Positions 8,796 to 18,797 are shown, numbered from the stretch's first letter. The stretch: 64,000 bases of DNA from Patescibacteria group bacterium (GCA_022710645.1 JAKLGL010000001.1:100152-164151); one strand, 5' to 3'. Program-made: numbers and translations. Notes: generated from the letters alone by a model not told the origin.

Positions 8796-9851
8796 TTATG
8801 TTGCAGATTGCATTTTCTCTTGCGATCTTTGCAAATCGTTTTGAAATTTATTCATTTCGTCTTTCTTTTTTTGCCAAAGATTTTCCACCCAAGGCTGATT
8901 TCCAAGATACCAATCAATCGTTTCTTTCAATCCTTGTTCAAATTTTTCTTTGGTATACTCCGGAGTCCAACCAAGCGCGGTTATTTTACTCGCATCAATG
9001 GCATAACGACGATCATGGCCCGGTCTGTCAGTAATATATTCGATCCTATCTTCACCCAAATTCATCAGTCGCAAAATCATTTTTGTAATTTCCAAATTAT
9101 TTCTCTCATTATCAACTCCGATATTATAAACTTCTCCGGGAATTCCTTTGTGTAAAAGCAAATCCAAAGCTCGAGCATGGTCAACCACATGAATCCAGTC
9201 ACGCACATTCAAACCATCGCCGTATACCGGTACTTTCTCGCCTTTTAATAATTTAAAAATAAAAAACGGAATCAATTTTTCCGGAAATTGATAAGGACCG
9301 TAATTATTGGAACAGTGTGTCACTACCACTGGAACTTTGTGGGTGGCAAAATAAGCGCGACACATCAAATCACCGCCGGCTTTGGCCGCCGCATAAGGCA
9401 TATTGGGCTCTATCGGAGTGTTTTCCGTAAAACGTTCCGGCTCGTCAAGTTCCAAAGAACCATAAACTTCGTCTGTGGAAACGTTAACGAATTTTTGCAA
9501 ACTGTTGTTTCTGACCGCATCTAAAATCATTTGCACACCCAAAGTATTGGTTAAAACAAAATCTTTGCATCCGCCATGAATAGATCTGTCTACGTGTGTT
9601 TCAGCCGCAAAATTTATAACATGAGTTATACCGTGTTCTTTGATAACTTTGCCCAAATGTTCCAAATCTACTATGTCGCCTTGTACAAAGGTATAATTTG
9701 GATTATTTTCCACGTCTTTCAAATTTTCCAGATTTCCGGCATAAGTCAATTTATCATAGTTGACAATTTTATAATCCGAATATTTACCGAGCATGTAACG
9801 AATGAAATTTGATCCGATAAAGCCGGCCCCGCCGCAAACAAGTAAATTCAT
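8796..9851 (-). CDS. rmlB: dTDP-glucose 4,6-dehydratase
   Basis: CGGAGFIGSNF, YAAAKAGGD (YxxxK) and an SDR extended-family fold. Confidence 0.9.
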   Translation of the reverse strand: MNLLVCGGAGFIGSNFIRYMLGKYSDYKIVNYDKLTYAGNLENLKDVENNPNYTFVQGDIVDLEHLGKVIKEHGITHVINFAAETHVDRSIHGGCKDFVLTNTLGVQMILDAVRNNSLQKFVNVSTDEVYGSLELDEPERFTENTPIEPNMPYAAAKAGGDLMCRAYFATHKVPVVVTHCSNNYGPYQFPEKLIPFFIFKLLKGEKVPVYGDGLNVRDWIHVVDHARALDLLLHKGIPGEVYNIGVDNERNNLEITKMILRLMNLGEDRIEYITDRPGHDRRYAIDASKITALGWTPEYTKEKFEQGLKETIDWYLGNQPWVENLWQKKKDEMNKFQNDLQRSQEKMQSAT

Positions 9852-9927
9852 AAATTATTATTTTATTTGATTTATTTATTTAATATTTGAATATTTTTAC
9901 CCTTTTGTCAACTCTTTTTTTTAAAAT

Positions 9928-11034
9928 CTATTCATTTTTACTCAAGTTTAAAATCATACCGACCGCCACAAGAGAGATTAACATTGCCGAACCGCCGTGA
10001 GAAACAAAAGGTAAAGGAACTCCGGTAAGTGGCATCAAACCAATCATGGCGCCTATATTGATAATGGATTGACAAAAAAACCAAGCAGTTACTCCGACTA
10101 CCGCATACTTATCAAATTCATCTTCGCAATTTTTGGCTATTTTCAAACCTCGAGTAGCAATGAGAAAAATCAAAAAAATCAAAGCAGTAGAAAAAATAAA
10201 ACCCATTTCTTCGGCAATTACCGCGTAAACCGAATCAGCATTAACTTCCGGAAGATACTGATATTTTTGACGAGAATGACCGAAACCCAAACCCCAAAAA
10301 CCTCCTGAACCGACAGCTAAAAAGGCTTGATTGACGTGATAACCTATTCCTTGCGGGTCAAGTTCCGGATGCATAAAAATGTTCAATCTTTCCATGCGAT
10401 AAGGTTTAACCGCTACCATAACTCCAAAAACAGTAATTCCTAACAATCCCATAATTATCAAATAACTCCAAGGTAGTTTAGCGACAAATAACATAAAAAA
10501 AGCGATAACACCCAAAATCAACATCGTTCCCAAATCCGGTTGTAACAAAACCATACCCAAAGGTATGGCGATAAAAATCAAAACCGGCAATAAACCGTTT
10601 TGCCAATCTTTGATATTTCGATGCGGATCCGAAAGCATGTCGGCCAAAAGCATGATTAAACCAAGCTTCATAAATTCTCCCGGTTGAAAACTAAAACCGA
10701 AAATTTGCACCCAGCTGCTGGCTCCGTTAATAACCAAGGATGTCGAAGGTAAAAAAGCCAATACTAACAAAAAAAGACCAAATCCGTAAGCCGGCCATGC
10801 AAAACGACGATACCATTCACTTTTAACTTTTAAAGCAATAAAAAAAAGAAGTAGACCCGGTAAAATCCCGTAAAACAATTGTCGTTTCAAATAAAAATAA
10901 GAATCGTTGAATTTGATATATCCAAGGGGCGCGGAAGCTGAAGCTAACATAGCTAAACCAAACAACATTAAAATAGTTACATAAATAAAATAATTCCAAT
11001 CGACACTCTTTTTATCAAATTCTCCGTTTTTCAT
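9928..11034 (-). CDS. FtsW/RodA/SpoVE-family peptidoglycan glycosyltransferase (SEDS)
   Basis: Polytopic protein ending PLPFVSHGGSAMLISLVAVGMILN, with the characteristic SEDS C-terminus. Confidence 0.85.
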   Translation of the reverse strand: MKNGEFDKKSVDWNYFIYVTILMLFGLAMLASASAPLGYIKFNDSYFYLKRQLFYGILPGLLLFFIALKVKSEWYRRFAWPAYGFGLFLLVLAFLPSTSLVINGASSWVQIFGFSFQPGEFMKLGLIMLLADMLSDPHRNIKDWQNGLLPVLIFIAIPLGMVLLQPDLGTMLILGVIAFFMLFVAKLPWSYLIIMGLLGITVFGVMVAVKPYRMERLNIFMHPELDPQGIGYHVNQAFLAVGSGGFWGLGFGHSRQKYQYLPEVNADSVYAVIAEEMGFIFSTALIFLIFLIATRGLKIAKNCEDEFDKYAVVGVTAWFFCQSIINIGAMIGLMPLTGVPLPFVSHGGSAMLISLVAVGMILNLSKNE

Positions 11035-11035
11035 A

Positions 11036-11389
11036 TCAACTATTTAAAGACACAATAAACGAAACAGCTATAAACATAAAAATTTGCCAAACACCGCCGA
11101 AAAACATTATTGTTCTGGAAAGCACTTTATCTTTTGTATACAAAAATAAAGAAAAGAAATAATTAAAAATAAAAACCCCGACAATTCCGGCAAAAAAATA
11201 CCATAAATCTTTCGTATCACCCAACCTGTCAACTCCAAAAATAATATTGTAGTGCAAAAATAATCTTTCCAGATTCCAATCTATCCGACCAAAAATATAA
11301 CCGGAAGCCAACGCGGCAAAAATAAAAGATATTACCAAACTATAAAAAATAAAACGATCTTTAAAATGAGATTTAATTAAAACAAACAT
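11036..11389 (-). CDS. Hypothetical small polytopic membrane protein
   Basis: 117 aa with three hydrophobic helices. Tightly packed between SEDS and the Clp-like gene. Confidence 0.45.
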   Translation of the reverse strand: MFVLIKSHFKDRFIFYSLVISFIFAALASGYIFGRIDWNLERLFLHYNIIFGVDRLGDTKDLWYFFAGIVGVFIFNYFFSLFLYTKDKVLSRTIMFFGGVWQIFMFIAVSFIVSLNS

Positions 11390-11392
11390 AAA

Positions 11393-14155
11393 TTATAAAA
11401 TTATCATTTCTCCTTTATGGGTTAACTTTATTTTACTGCCTCGAACTATTTTACCGCTCAAAATAAAATCTGCCAATTTATTTTCCACTTTTTCTTGAAC
11501 AGCGCGACGCATGGGTCTGGCGCCAAATTCGGGATCAAATCCGATTTCCGCCAAAAATTCCAAAGCAAACTCATCAAAAGAAAATTCTATACCTTTCACT
11601 TCCAAATCTTTGGCCAAACGAACAAGCATCAAACCGGCGATTTTTTTCAAATCTTCTTTTTGCAGCTCTTTAAACAATATTATACCGTCAAAGCGATTGA
11701 TAAATTCCGGACGAAAATATTGCTTCAATTCTCCACGAATTAATTTTTCTTTTATAATCTCCGAAGAAACTTTTTCTTTTTGGGCTTGAGAAACATAAGC
11801 TGTTCCAGCATTACTGGTGGCAATAATTATAGAATTGGTAAAATCAATTGTTTTACCCGTACTGTCGGTCAGACGTCCATCATCAAAAACTTGCAAAAAT
11901 AAATTTAATACATCCTTATCAGCTTTTTCTATCTCATCAAGCAAAATCAAAGAAAAAGGATTTCGTCTGACGTTTTCCGTCAAAATACCGGAACCTTTTT
12001 GTCCCGCTGCACCTATAAGCCTGACGATGCTTTGACTGTCTTGGTATTCACTCATATCCAAACGAATCATCTTTTTTTCTCCGCCGAAATAAACTTCCGC
12101 TATTGTTTTTGCCAATTCGGTTTTACCAACCCCCGTATTTCCCAAAAAAAGAAAAGCGGCAATCGGCCTGTTTTGCGAGCGAATTTCCGCACGAGCGCGA
12201 CGCAACGCAAACGCAATCGCTTCTACGGCTTCATCTTGCCCGATAACTCTTTTATGCATTTCCGTTTCCAATCTCATCAACCGTGCGCCTTCTTGAGCGC
12301 TCACCGAAGACACCGGAACTCCCGTCTTGTCGGAAATTATTTTAGCCACTTCTTCCGCTGTTACCAAAGAATTGACACCTTTGTTGTTTTTGGTAAAAGC
12401 AGCAGTTTCAACCACCACTTCCAGAGCACTGCCGGGTAATAACATATCATGTAAAAACCTATGGCTGTATTTCACAGCTTTTTCCAAAGCGTCATAAGAA
12501 AAAAATACAGCATGTTTATGTTCTATGAAACCTATTTTAGCTTCAATCACTTGTATGGCTTGATCTTCAGTCATTTCCGGAACATCAACTTTGGTAAAAA
12601 CGTTTCCCAAAGCCGTACCACTGAACGTTTTGGCGTATTCTTCCGGTGTTGTGGTGGCTATAGTCAAAAATCTGCTTTTGGACAAATTTTCAGCTAACGC
12701 TCCGGCCGCATCCAAACTGCTGGCATTGCCAGAACTAACACCAAAAAGTTCATGTATATTATGAATACATAATATAATATTGCCAGCCTTAGCTATTTCA
12801 TAAAAGATATTATTTATTCTTTCCACAGCTCCCGACGGTGTGGTTCCAGAAAGTAAAGATGATATCTTCAAACGAACCAATCTTTTATCTTGTAAAACTT
12901 TTGGTACATCGTCTCCCGACATTTTTTGCGCCAAACCTTCCAAAATACTCATTTTCCCGGTTCCGTTTTCACCGACCAAAACGGTATTTCCCTGTCCCCC
13001 TTCAACCACTCTAAATATTTCTTCCGTTTCTTTTTCACGCGCCAAACAAGGATCATAATGATTGTATCGAGCCAATATGGTCATGTCTTCGCTGAAATTA
13101 TTCAGATAAGGAGTGGCTACCGCAGTCATAGCTTTATCAAGTCCGTATTTTGATTTACCCGCGCCGACTTTGGCATATTTGATATATTGTCTATACAATC
13201 TTTCTCTTATACGCGCCCACATAATGACATTTTTTATTTTAGAAGCTTCAATACCCAAATCAAATAAAAATTCTTGGATTTTCGGAGTAAAGAAAATAGC
13301 GGCCGATAAAAGTTCCACTACACTGACATAATCTTGGTGATTTTCATAAGCTTCTTCGTAAGCTAAAAACAAAATTTGAAAAACATCTCTATCTGGTAGA
13401 GGAAATATTCCGGATTTTTCGCTTTTAAACAATAACTCGTCAGAAATTTTTTTACGCAAAAAATCCGCAGGGTATCCCAAACGAATAAACACATTTGCGA
13501 TACGATTGGAGGAAAGCAAGGTATAGAAAAGATGCAAAGGGGTCACTTCTCTGTGTCCTAAAACACGAGCTTCCTTAAATGTGTTTATCACTGACCATAC
13601 CGCTTCATCGGTAAATGTTTCTTCAATATTTAATTTTTGACGACGAGAAATCTTTATCATTTCCGACCAAGGTAACATAGAGGTGTTTTCAGACGATTCA
13701 AAATCTTGAATATAATCGTGTTTTTCCACATTTTTATAATGTTTTTTTTCTCTAATGACTCTGGACCAAAGATAAATAACTGTCAGAAATCCTAACCAAA
13801 AAAGTAATTTTTGAAAATCAGAAATTTGCGAAAAAAACAAAACGAAATAATCAGGACCCCGCAATAAATACGCAAATAATCCTTGTTGATAAACCGAGAG
13901 ACCGGCCCAAATCCAAAAATTCAACCATAACAAAATCAAAATCAACCTTCGTCCGCGATTCCACCATAAACGAGCTTGTAAAAGTGAAAGATGATAATAA
14001 GTCAAAGGAAATTTCCAAAACAGCAAAATTTTACGAGGTTTATGAGCCACACTCATACCTCTGCAAGCAAAACAGCGACGTTTACCGTTTTCTCCAGTTT
14101 GCGAACATTTATCGCAATAAGACAAAGGTAAAATTTTATTTTTTTTAAATTCCAT
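11393..14155 (-). CDS. Membrane-anchored Clp-family AAA+ ATPase (N-terminal zinc ribbon, TM block, Clp-N, degenerate D1, canonical D2)
   Basis: Zinc ribbon CDKC...CFAC, then hydrophobic helices, then a Clp-N repeat region. D1 Walker A is GENGTGKMS and Walker B is ILCIHNIHEL, so acidic residues are lacking. D2 has FLFLGNTGVGKT, LILLDEIEKA, ATSNAG and GARPMRRA. Confidence 0.8.
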   Translation of the reverse strand: MEFKKNKILPLSYCDKCSQTGENGKRRCFACRGMSVAHKPRKILLFWKFPLTYYHLSLLQARLWWNRGRRLILILLWLNFWIWAGLSVYQQGLFAYLLRGPDYFVLFFSQISDFQKLLFWLGFLTVIYLWSRVIREKKHYKNVEKHDYIQDFESSENTSMLPWSEMIKISRRQKLNIEETFTDEAVWSVINTFKEARVLGHREVTPLHLFYTLLSSNRIANVFIRLGYPADFLRKKISDELLFKSEKSGIFPLPDRDVFQILFLAYEEAYENHQDYVSVVELLSAAIFFTPKIQEFLFDLGIEASKIKNVIMWARIRERLYRQYIKYAKVGAGKSKYGLDKAMTAVATPYLNNFSEDMTILARYNHYDPCLAREKETEEIFRVVEGGQGNTVLVGENGTGKMSILEGLAQKMSGDDVPKVLQDKRLVRLKISSLLSGTTPSGAVERINNIFYEIAKAGNIILCIHNIHELFGVSSGNASSLDAAGALAENLSKSRFLTIATTTPEEYAKTFSGTALGNVFTKVDVPEMTEDQAIQVIEAKIGFIEHKHAVFFSYDALEKAVKYSHRFLHDMLLPGSALEVVVETAAFTKNNKGVNSLVTAEEVAKIISDKTGVPVSSVSAQEGARLMRLETEMHKRVIGQDEAVEAIAFALRRARAEIRSQNRPIAAFLFLGNTGVGKTELAKTIAEVYFGGEKKMIRLDMSEYQDSQSIVRLIGAAGQKGSGILTENVRRNPFSLILLDEIEKADKDVLNLFLQVFDDGRLTDSTGKTIDFTNSIIIATSNAGTAYVSQAQKEKVSSEIIKEKLIRGELKQYFRPEFINRFDGIILFKELQKEDLKKIAGLMLVRLAKDLEVKGIEFSFDEFALEFLAEIGFDPEFGARPMRRAVQEKVENKLADFILSGKIVRGSKIKLTHKGEMIIL

Positions 14156-14158
14156 AAA

Positions 14159-14605
14159 CTACGCTTTAATTGATAAAAAACCGTAAATAGTGAAAATCGG
14201 TAGAGCCAACCAAAATAAAAATAAACAAAAACAAATAATTATCCAAATAAATAAAGCTAAAAATCTCACAATCGTTTGAAGAAGACGCATAAAAAAACTG
14301 ATAATTCTGCCTTCCCAGTCATATTGTCCATACATGGGAACAAAAATATTCCTCAACCATAAACCCGGAGCCAGATAATCATTTCCTGTCGACATTTTTT
14401 CAAAACACCACAACCAAGAACGAAAAGCGCCTCGGGTATACCACCACAAAGGGAAATATAAAAAATCCAAAAATGTTTCCGCTAACAGTCTTGGTAAAAC
14501 CAAAATAAACATAGATTTAAAAAAATTAAGCCGAACTTTTATCGACTTATATTTTACCATAAAAACAAAGAAACCGCCAAACTCTTTGGCGGTCTTGAAA
14601 AACAA
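14159..14605 (-). CDS. Hypothetical membrane protein
   Basis: 148 aa, hydrophobic and Trp-rich. Confidence 0.45.
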   Translation of the reverse strand: MFFKTAKEFGGFFVFMVKYKSIKVRLNFFKSMFILVLPRLLAETFLDFLYFPLWWYTRGAFRSWLWCFEKMSTGNDYLAPGLWLRNIFVPMYGQYDWEGRIISFFMRLLQTIVRFLALFIWIIICFCLFLFWLALPIFTIYGFLSIKA

Positions 14606-14611
14606 AAGATT

Positions 14612-14995
14612 TTAACGAGAATTTACTGCTACGGACGTGACCGGAATGGCTAAATATTTCAATCGAGGAGTATTTACCATAGACAAACTTTCAACCCTGC
14701 TCTTTAACGAAGCCAAAGAATTCACCTCAGCTATTTGAGCTTCTATTTTTTGTTGTTCAAAACTGATTTCTTCTATGTTTCTTTCCAATTTTTTCAATTC
14801 ATAACCGGTACCGGAAGCGGCGGCAATTTGCAAAACAAAAGCTACAACAAGTATTAAGTTAACCGCCACCAAACACAAACGACCACGAACACCGAATAAC
14901 CAACCCGGCATACGTAGAAAAAAAACGGTTGATTCTCGGATTTCGTTAAGAAAATAATTTGTTTTGTTTTTAAAACCGACAATTTTATCGATCAT
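14612..14995 (-). CDS. ftsL: Cell division protein FtsL-like (single TM plus coiled coil)
   Basis: Immediately downstream of rsmH with a 4-nt overlap. One TM helix followed by a heptad-like segment (ELKKLERNIEEISFEQQKIEAQIAEVNSLASL). Confidence 0.55.
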   Translation of the reverse strand: MIDKIVGFKNKTNYFLNEIRESTVFFLRMPGWLFGVRGRLCLVAVNLILVVAFVLQIAAASGTGYELKKLERNIEEISFEQQKIEAQIAEVNSLASLKSRVESLSMVNTPRLKYLAIPVTSVAVNSR

Positions 14996-15915
14996 ATTTT
15001 TTCAATTACGCGCAATTTCGCGCTACGCGCTCTGGGGTTGATTTTGATTTCCTCCTCGGAAGCGCTAATGGGTTTTTTAGTGATTATTTTCGATTTGGCA
15101 TAAGGCAAACTCTGAAAAAATTGTTTGACTATCCTATCTTCCAAAGAATGAAAACTGATTACCGCCAGCCTTCCTCCTTTGTTCAATAATTCAAAAGCTA
15201 AAGGTAAGGTATTTTTCAAAATTTCCAATTCATTATTTACAGCAATCCGCAAGGCCTGAAAAACTTTGGTAGCCGGATGTATCCCGCCGATCCAAGGAAT
15301 TTCTTTATCAGTACGCAATTTTTTTCTATAAACTTTCAAGATTACTTCTGTCAATTCGCGGCTAGTTGCAATACGCTTGATTTTTCTTTCGGACAAAATT
15401 TCTTCGGCGATTTCTCTACTCAATTCTTCTTCGCCATAATTTTTAAAAATCCAAATCAAGTCTTCTAAACTGTATTCATTGATTATAAGTGAGGCGTCGA
15501 CACAATTTTCACTGCCAAAAACTTGACACCTGTTGTCATAACGCATATTTAGCGGTTCATCTTTATCAAAGCTAAAACCTCGGCTACGTTCGGCAAATTG
15601 CGGACTACTCCAACCGAGATCAAACAAAATGGCATCAACCGAAACAAAATCGTTTTCTTTGGCAATGTTTTCCAAATTGGAGAAATTTTCTCTGGCAAAT
15701 ACTATCTGGTCTTCAAAACGATATAAAAACCTTTTGGCACGTAAAATGGATTCCGGATCAGCATCAAGCCCGAGCAATTTTCCGCGCAAACCAATATGTT
15801 CCAAAATAGCTTCACTGTGTCCGCCATCTCCCAAAGTACAATCAATAACTTTAGCGCCTTTTTTCAAATTTAAATTTTCAATAACTTCGTTTAATAAAAC
15901 CGGAGTATGTCGCAT
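14992..15915 (-). CDS. rsmH: 16S rRNA (cytosine1402-N4)-methyltransferase RsmH/MraW
   Basis: MRHTPVLLNEV..DCTLGDGGHS..GLDADPE. Canonical mraZ-rsmH order. Confidence 0.9.
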   Translation of the reverse strand: MRHTPVLLNEVIENLNLKKGAKVIDCTLGDGGHSEAILEHIGLRGKLLGLDADPESILRAKRFLYRFEDQIVFARENFSNLENIAKENDFVSVDAILFDLGWSSPQFAERSRGFSFDKDEPLNMRYDNRCQVFGSENCVDASLIINEYSLEDLIWIFKNYGEEELSREIAEEILSERKIKRIATSRELTEVILKVYRKKLRTDKEIPWIGGIHPATKVFQALRIAVNNELEILKNTLPLAFELLNKGGRLAVISFHSLEDRIVKQFFQSLPYAKSKIITKKPISASEEEIKINPRARSAKLRVIEKI

Positions 15916-15916
15916 A

Positions 15917-16348
15917 TTAAACTCCTAAATCATTTAATTTTTCCGCTATTTCGTTGCTTTCTCTTTCAGTTTTGACTTTATAAGCATTCCAAGCATCCGC
16001 ATCCCAAATTTCAGCTCGATTATACAAACCGGCGATTATTAAACTTTTTTTCAAACCGGCAAAATTTCTCAAATACTCAGGGATAACCACGCGACCCTGT
16101 TTATCTATTTCAGCTTCAAAAGCCCCGGATAACATATGTCGAGCGAACGCACGGCTATTGGCTTGAGAAAATGGCAATGTCGCCAACTTTTCTGCCAGTT
16201 TATTCCATTCGTTTTTGGTATACAAAAACAAACAGTTATCCAAACCTTTGGTAATAACCGCTCCCTCCTCAAGTTCGCGTCGAAATTTTATCGGGATAGC
16301 TAAACGAAACTTGTCGTCTAAATTGTGGTTGTATTCGCCTACCATCAT
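15917..16348 (-). CDS. mraZ: Transcriptional regulator MraZ
   Basis: Two DxxxR SpoVT/AbrB-like halves (NLDDKFRLAIPIKFRREL and EIDKQGRVVIPEYLR). Confidence 0.9.
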   Translation of the reverse strand: MMVGEYNHNLDDKFRLAIPIKFRRELEEGAVITKGLDNCLFLYTKNEWNKLAEKLATLPFSQANSRAFARHMLSGAFEAEIDKQGRVVIPEYLRNFAGLKKSLIIAGLYNRAEIWDADAWNAYKVKTERESNEIAEKLNDLGV

Positions 16349-16570
16349 AAAAAAATGTTATTGAAAAAGACAAGCATCTTTTTCCAATTTACCACTTTTC
16401 CCCACTTGTTTCCATTTTACACCACTTTAAAACATACGTCAAATCAGCATAAACAAAAAATTAGCCATTATTTTGGCTAATTTAAGATAAAATAATAAAT
16501 AATAAATCCGACTTGTGGATAACTAATTCCCCACTTTAATAAATTAAATATCAAAAGAATTTATAAATAA

Positions 16571-16598
16571 TAAAGCGGCCCTATGGGAAGGCCGCGAC
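16571..16598 (-). terminator. Intrinsic terminator of cassette b
   Basis: Minus strand: GCGGCCttcccatagGGCCGCtttattattt. Confidence 0.6.
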
Positions 16599-16617
16599 GT
16601 GTTCATGGAGATAAAGA

Positions 16618-17145
16618 TTATGAAAAAAGACCATCAACATCATCCTGCGTCTCTTTCACAATTTTAAAAAGATCTATAAATTCACGGAAGCTTTCCGTGA
16701 TTAATTTATGAACTTTTTCCCCTTCTTTTATTAACGGTGTTTCCTGCAGAATTTTCAATTCTTCATTGGAAATCTTTTTCCTTTTAATGCTTTGCAACAT
16801 ATTTTCTTCAAATTGCAATTTGATTTCCGGAAAAGCAAGGAGGTTGGAAACATCTTTACCGGCAAAAGGATCCCTCATGATAACTACCGGACCCTCTTTT
16901 TTCAGCCTCTTGATTTTTGAAGGGTCTATGGGGCTCCCTTCTTCCCCGATGAGAGTTGGGACAGTTAAAAGAGGAACAACCGTCCTTTTTGATCCTTCTT
17001 TTTGAATTACGATATATCTCATATCAAGATATGGCGTCAGCTCAAAGTTCATAGGATCTACAGTTTTTCCCATAATTGCCCTAAGGGAAATACCCAGGTC
17101 GGAAAAAAGTGTAACAATTTCAACTACCTTAAACTTTTTCTTCAT
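16618..17145 (-). CDS. Hypothetical 175-aa cytoplasmic protein (cassette b)
   Basis: RBS GGAGAAA before the ATG at 17145. Family promoter about 50 nt upstream and own terminator. No recognisable domain. Confidence 0.65.
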   Translation of the reverse strand: MKKKFKVVEIVTLFSDLGISLRAIMGKTVDPMNFELTPYLDMRYIVIQKEGSKRTVVPLLTVPTLIGEEGSPIDPSKIKRLKKEGPVVIMRDPFAGKDVSNLLAFPEIKLQFEENMLQSIKRKKISNEELKILQETPLIKEGEKVHKLITESFREFIDLFKIVKETQDDVDGLFS

Positions 17146-17202
17146 CTTAATTTCTCCATTTTATTAAATTTGTAAAGAGCCTTTTTGTACACTAAACAGC
17201 AT

Positions 17203-17231
17203 ATTATAGCACATTTTAACACTTTTGTCAA
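17203..17231 (-). promoter_or_regulatory. Family promoter module, copy b (perfect TTGACA-17-TGcTATAAT)
   Basis: Minus strand reads TTGACAAAAGTGTTAAAATGTGCTATAAT. Confidence 0.75.
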
Positions 17232-17264
17232 GGCTTTTACCTTTTTTTAAGGCTAATTATAAGC

Positions 17265-17298
17265 AAACGACCACCGGACTTAAATCCAGTGGTCGTTT
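17265..17298 (-). terminator. Hairpin terminator downstream of the beta-CASP RNase gene
   Basis: Minus strand: AAACGACCACtggatttaagtccgGTGGTCGTTTgctt. Confidence 0.45.
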
Positions 17299-17318
17299 AT
17301 ACTTTTTATCAATTATAA

Positions 17319-18692
17319 TTATATTTCGTATTCCGTATGCGGAGCGGCTAATACCGGTTCAATACCAAATTCCTCATTTATTTTCTCGGCAAAAGCTCTG
17401 GTCACTTCTGTTTCTCCGTGATTTAGGAAAATATGTTTAGGCCATTTGCGGGCGCTTCCGAGCCAATGAATAAGCTTTTTTTGATCGCCATGCGCAGATA
17501 AAATATCCAAAGAATCGACATAACATTTTACCGGCAATCTTTCGCCAAGCACACGAACCGGAGATTCACCCAACAAAATTCTCCTTCCCAAAGTACCTTG
17601 CGCTTGAAAACCGACAAATAACAAAGTGCTTTTTTCATCAGTCAAATAACGTAGAGCATGATGAAGTATTCTACCACCGTTCATCATCCCCGCTCCGGCA
17701 ATGATAATCTTACTACCGGGAACCGCGTTAATTTTTTTGGAATCTTCTCTACTTTCGCATAAAGTCAAATTTGAAAATTCAAAAATATTTCTATCAGCGC
17801 TGAGATATTTAAAAGCTTCTTTATCGTAATATTGAGTATGACGTTGAAATACTCTGGTAGCACGAATAGATAAAGGACTGTCCAAAAATATCGGAATATT
17901 TTTGAATTTACCTTCCACATCCACCAATTCATTTAAGGCATAAAGCAATTCTTGGGTGCGTTCAATGGAAAAAGCCGGAATTAACAAAGTACCCCCGCGC
18001 ATCATCGCTTCTTTTATCTTTATCTCTATAGCCGTTTTACGATCAAGATTAGTCGGATGTAATCTGTTGCCGTAAGTAGATTCGCAAAGCAAAAAATCGA
18101 CTTTTTCCGGCAAGTCGGACGTGTCTTGCAAAATCGGCACATTGACATTTCCTATGTCTCCGGAAAAAATCAACTTTTTTCCTTCTGTGTTTATTTCCAC
18201 AAAAGCCGAACCGAAAATATGTCCGGCTTCATGAAAAGTCACATTTATTTTCTTACGATTAAAAAACCCTCTACCTAAATTAAAAGTATTTTCATAATGA
18301 TAAGTTTTCATCCTGGCGGTGACGGAATTGACATCTTCTAATCTGTAAAGAAGCGGCGTGCCGAATTTCTTATGGTTATATTCCATAATTTCGTAAGCAT
18401 CTTCAAGCACCAAACCGACCAAATCGGCGGTCGGCGGCGTAGCATAAATCAATCCTGAAAAACCGTTTTTGATAAGTTTTGGTAAACGCCCGATATGATC
18501 CAAATGGGCGTGAGTTAAAATCACAGCGCTTATTTCTTTGGGATTAAAAGAAAAATCTTCGAAATTTTTACCTTCCGCAAAATTACTGCCTTGAAACAAT
18601 CCGCAATCTATCAAAATCTTTTGGCCGTCCACTTCCAACATAGTGCAAGAACCAGTTACCTCCCCCACGGCGCCATGAAACGATACTTTCAT
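17319..18692 (-). CDS. MBL-fold beta-CASP ribonuclease (RNA-metabolising metallo-beta-lactamase, RNase J/CPSF-like)
   Basis: HGAVGEVTGSC..ILIDCGLFQG..ILTHAHLDHIGRLP. MBL motifs, beta-CASP middle and C-terminal RMMBL region. 457 aa. Confidence 0.75.
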   Translation of the reverse strand: MKVSFHGAVGEVTGSCTMLEVDGQKILIDCGLFQGSNFAEGKNFEDFSFNPKEISAVILTHAHLDHIGRLPKLIKNGFSGLIYATPPTADLVGLVLEDAYEIMEYNHKKFGTPLLYRLEDVNSVTARMKTYHYENTFNLGRGFFNRKKINVTFHEAGHIFGSAFVEINTEGKKLIFSGDIGNVNVPILQDTSDLPEKVDFLLCESTYGNRLHPTNLDRKTAIEIKIKEAMMRGGTLLIPAFSIERTQELLYALNELVDVEGKFKNIPIFLDSPLSIRATRVFQRHTQYYDKEAFKYLSADRNIFEFSNLTLCESREDSKKINAVPGSKIIIAGAGMMNGGRILHHALRYLTDEKSTLLFVGFQAQGTLGRRILLGESPVRVLGERLPVKCYVDSLDILSAHGDQKKLIHWLGSARKWPKHIFLNHGETEVTRAFAEKINEEFGIEPVLAAPHTEYEI

Positions 18693-18716
18693 ACTTTATA
18701 ACTTTATAACTTTATA
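18693..18716. repeat. Tandem repeat (ACTTTATA)x3
   Basis: actttataactttataactttata, directly downstream of the RNase gene start region. Confidence 0.6.
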
Positions 18717-18797
18717 AACTTTTAACTTGGTTTAATTGTATCACAGTTTACTCTATACAAAAAGCGAAAAACCTGATAAAATGTTGATAACAATTTA

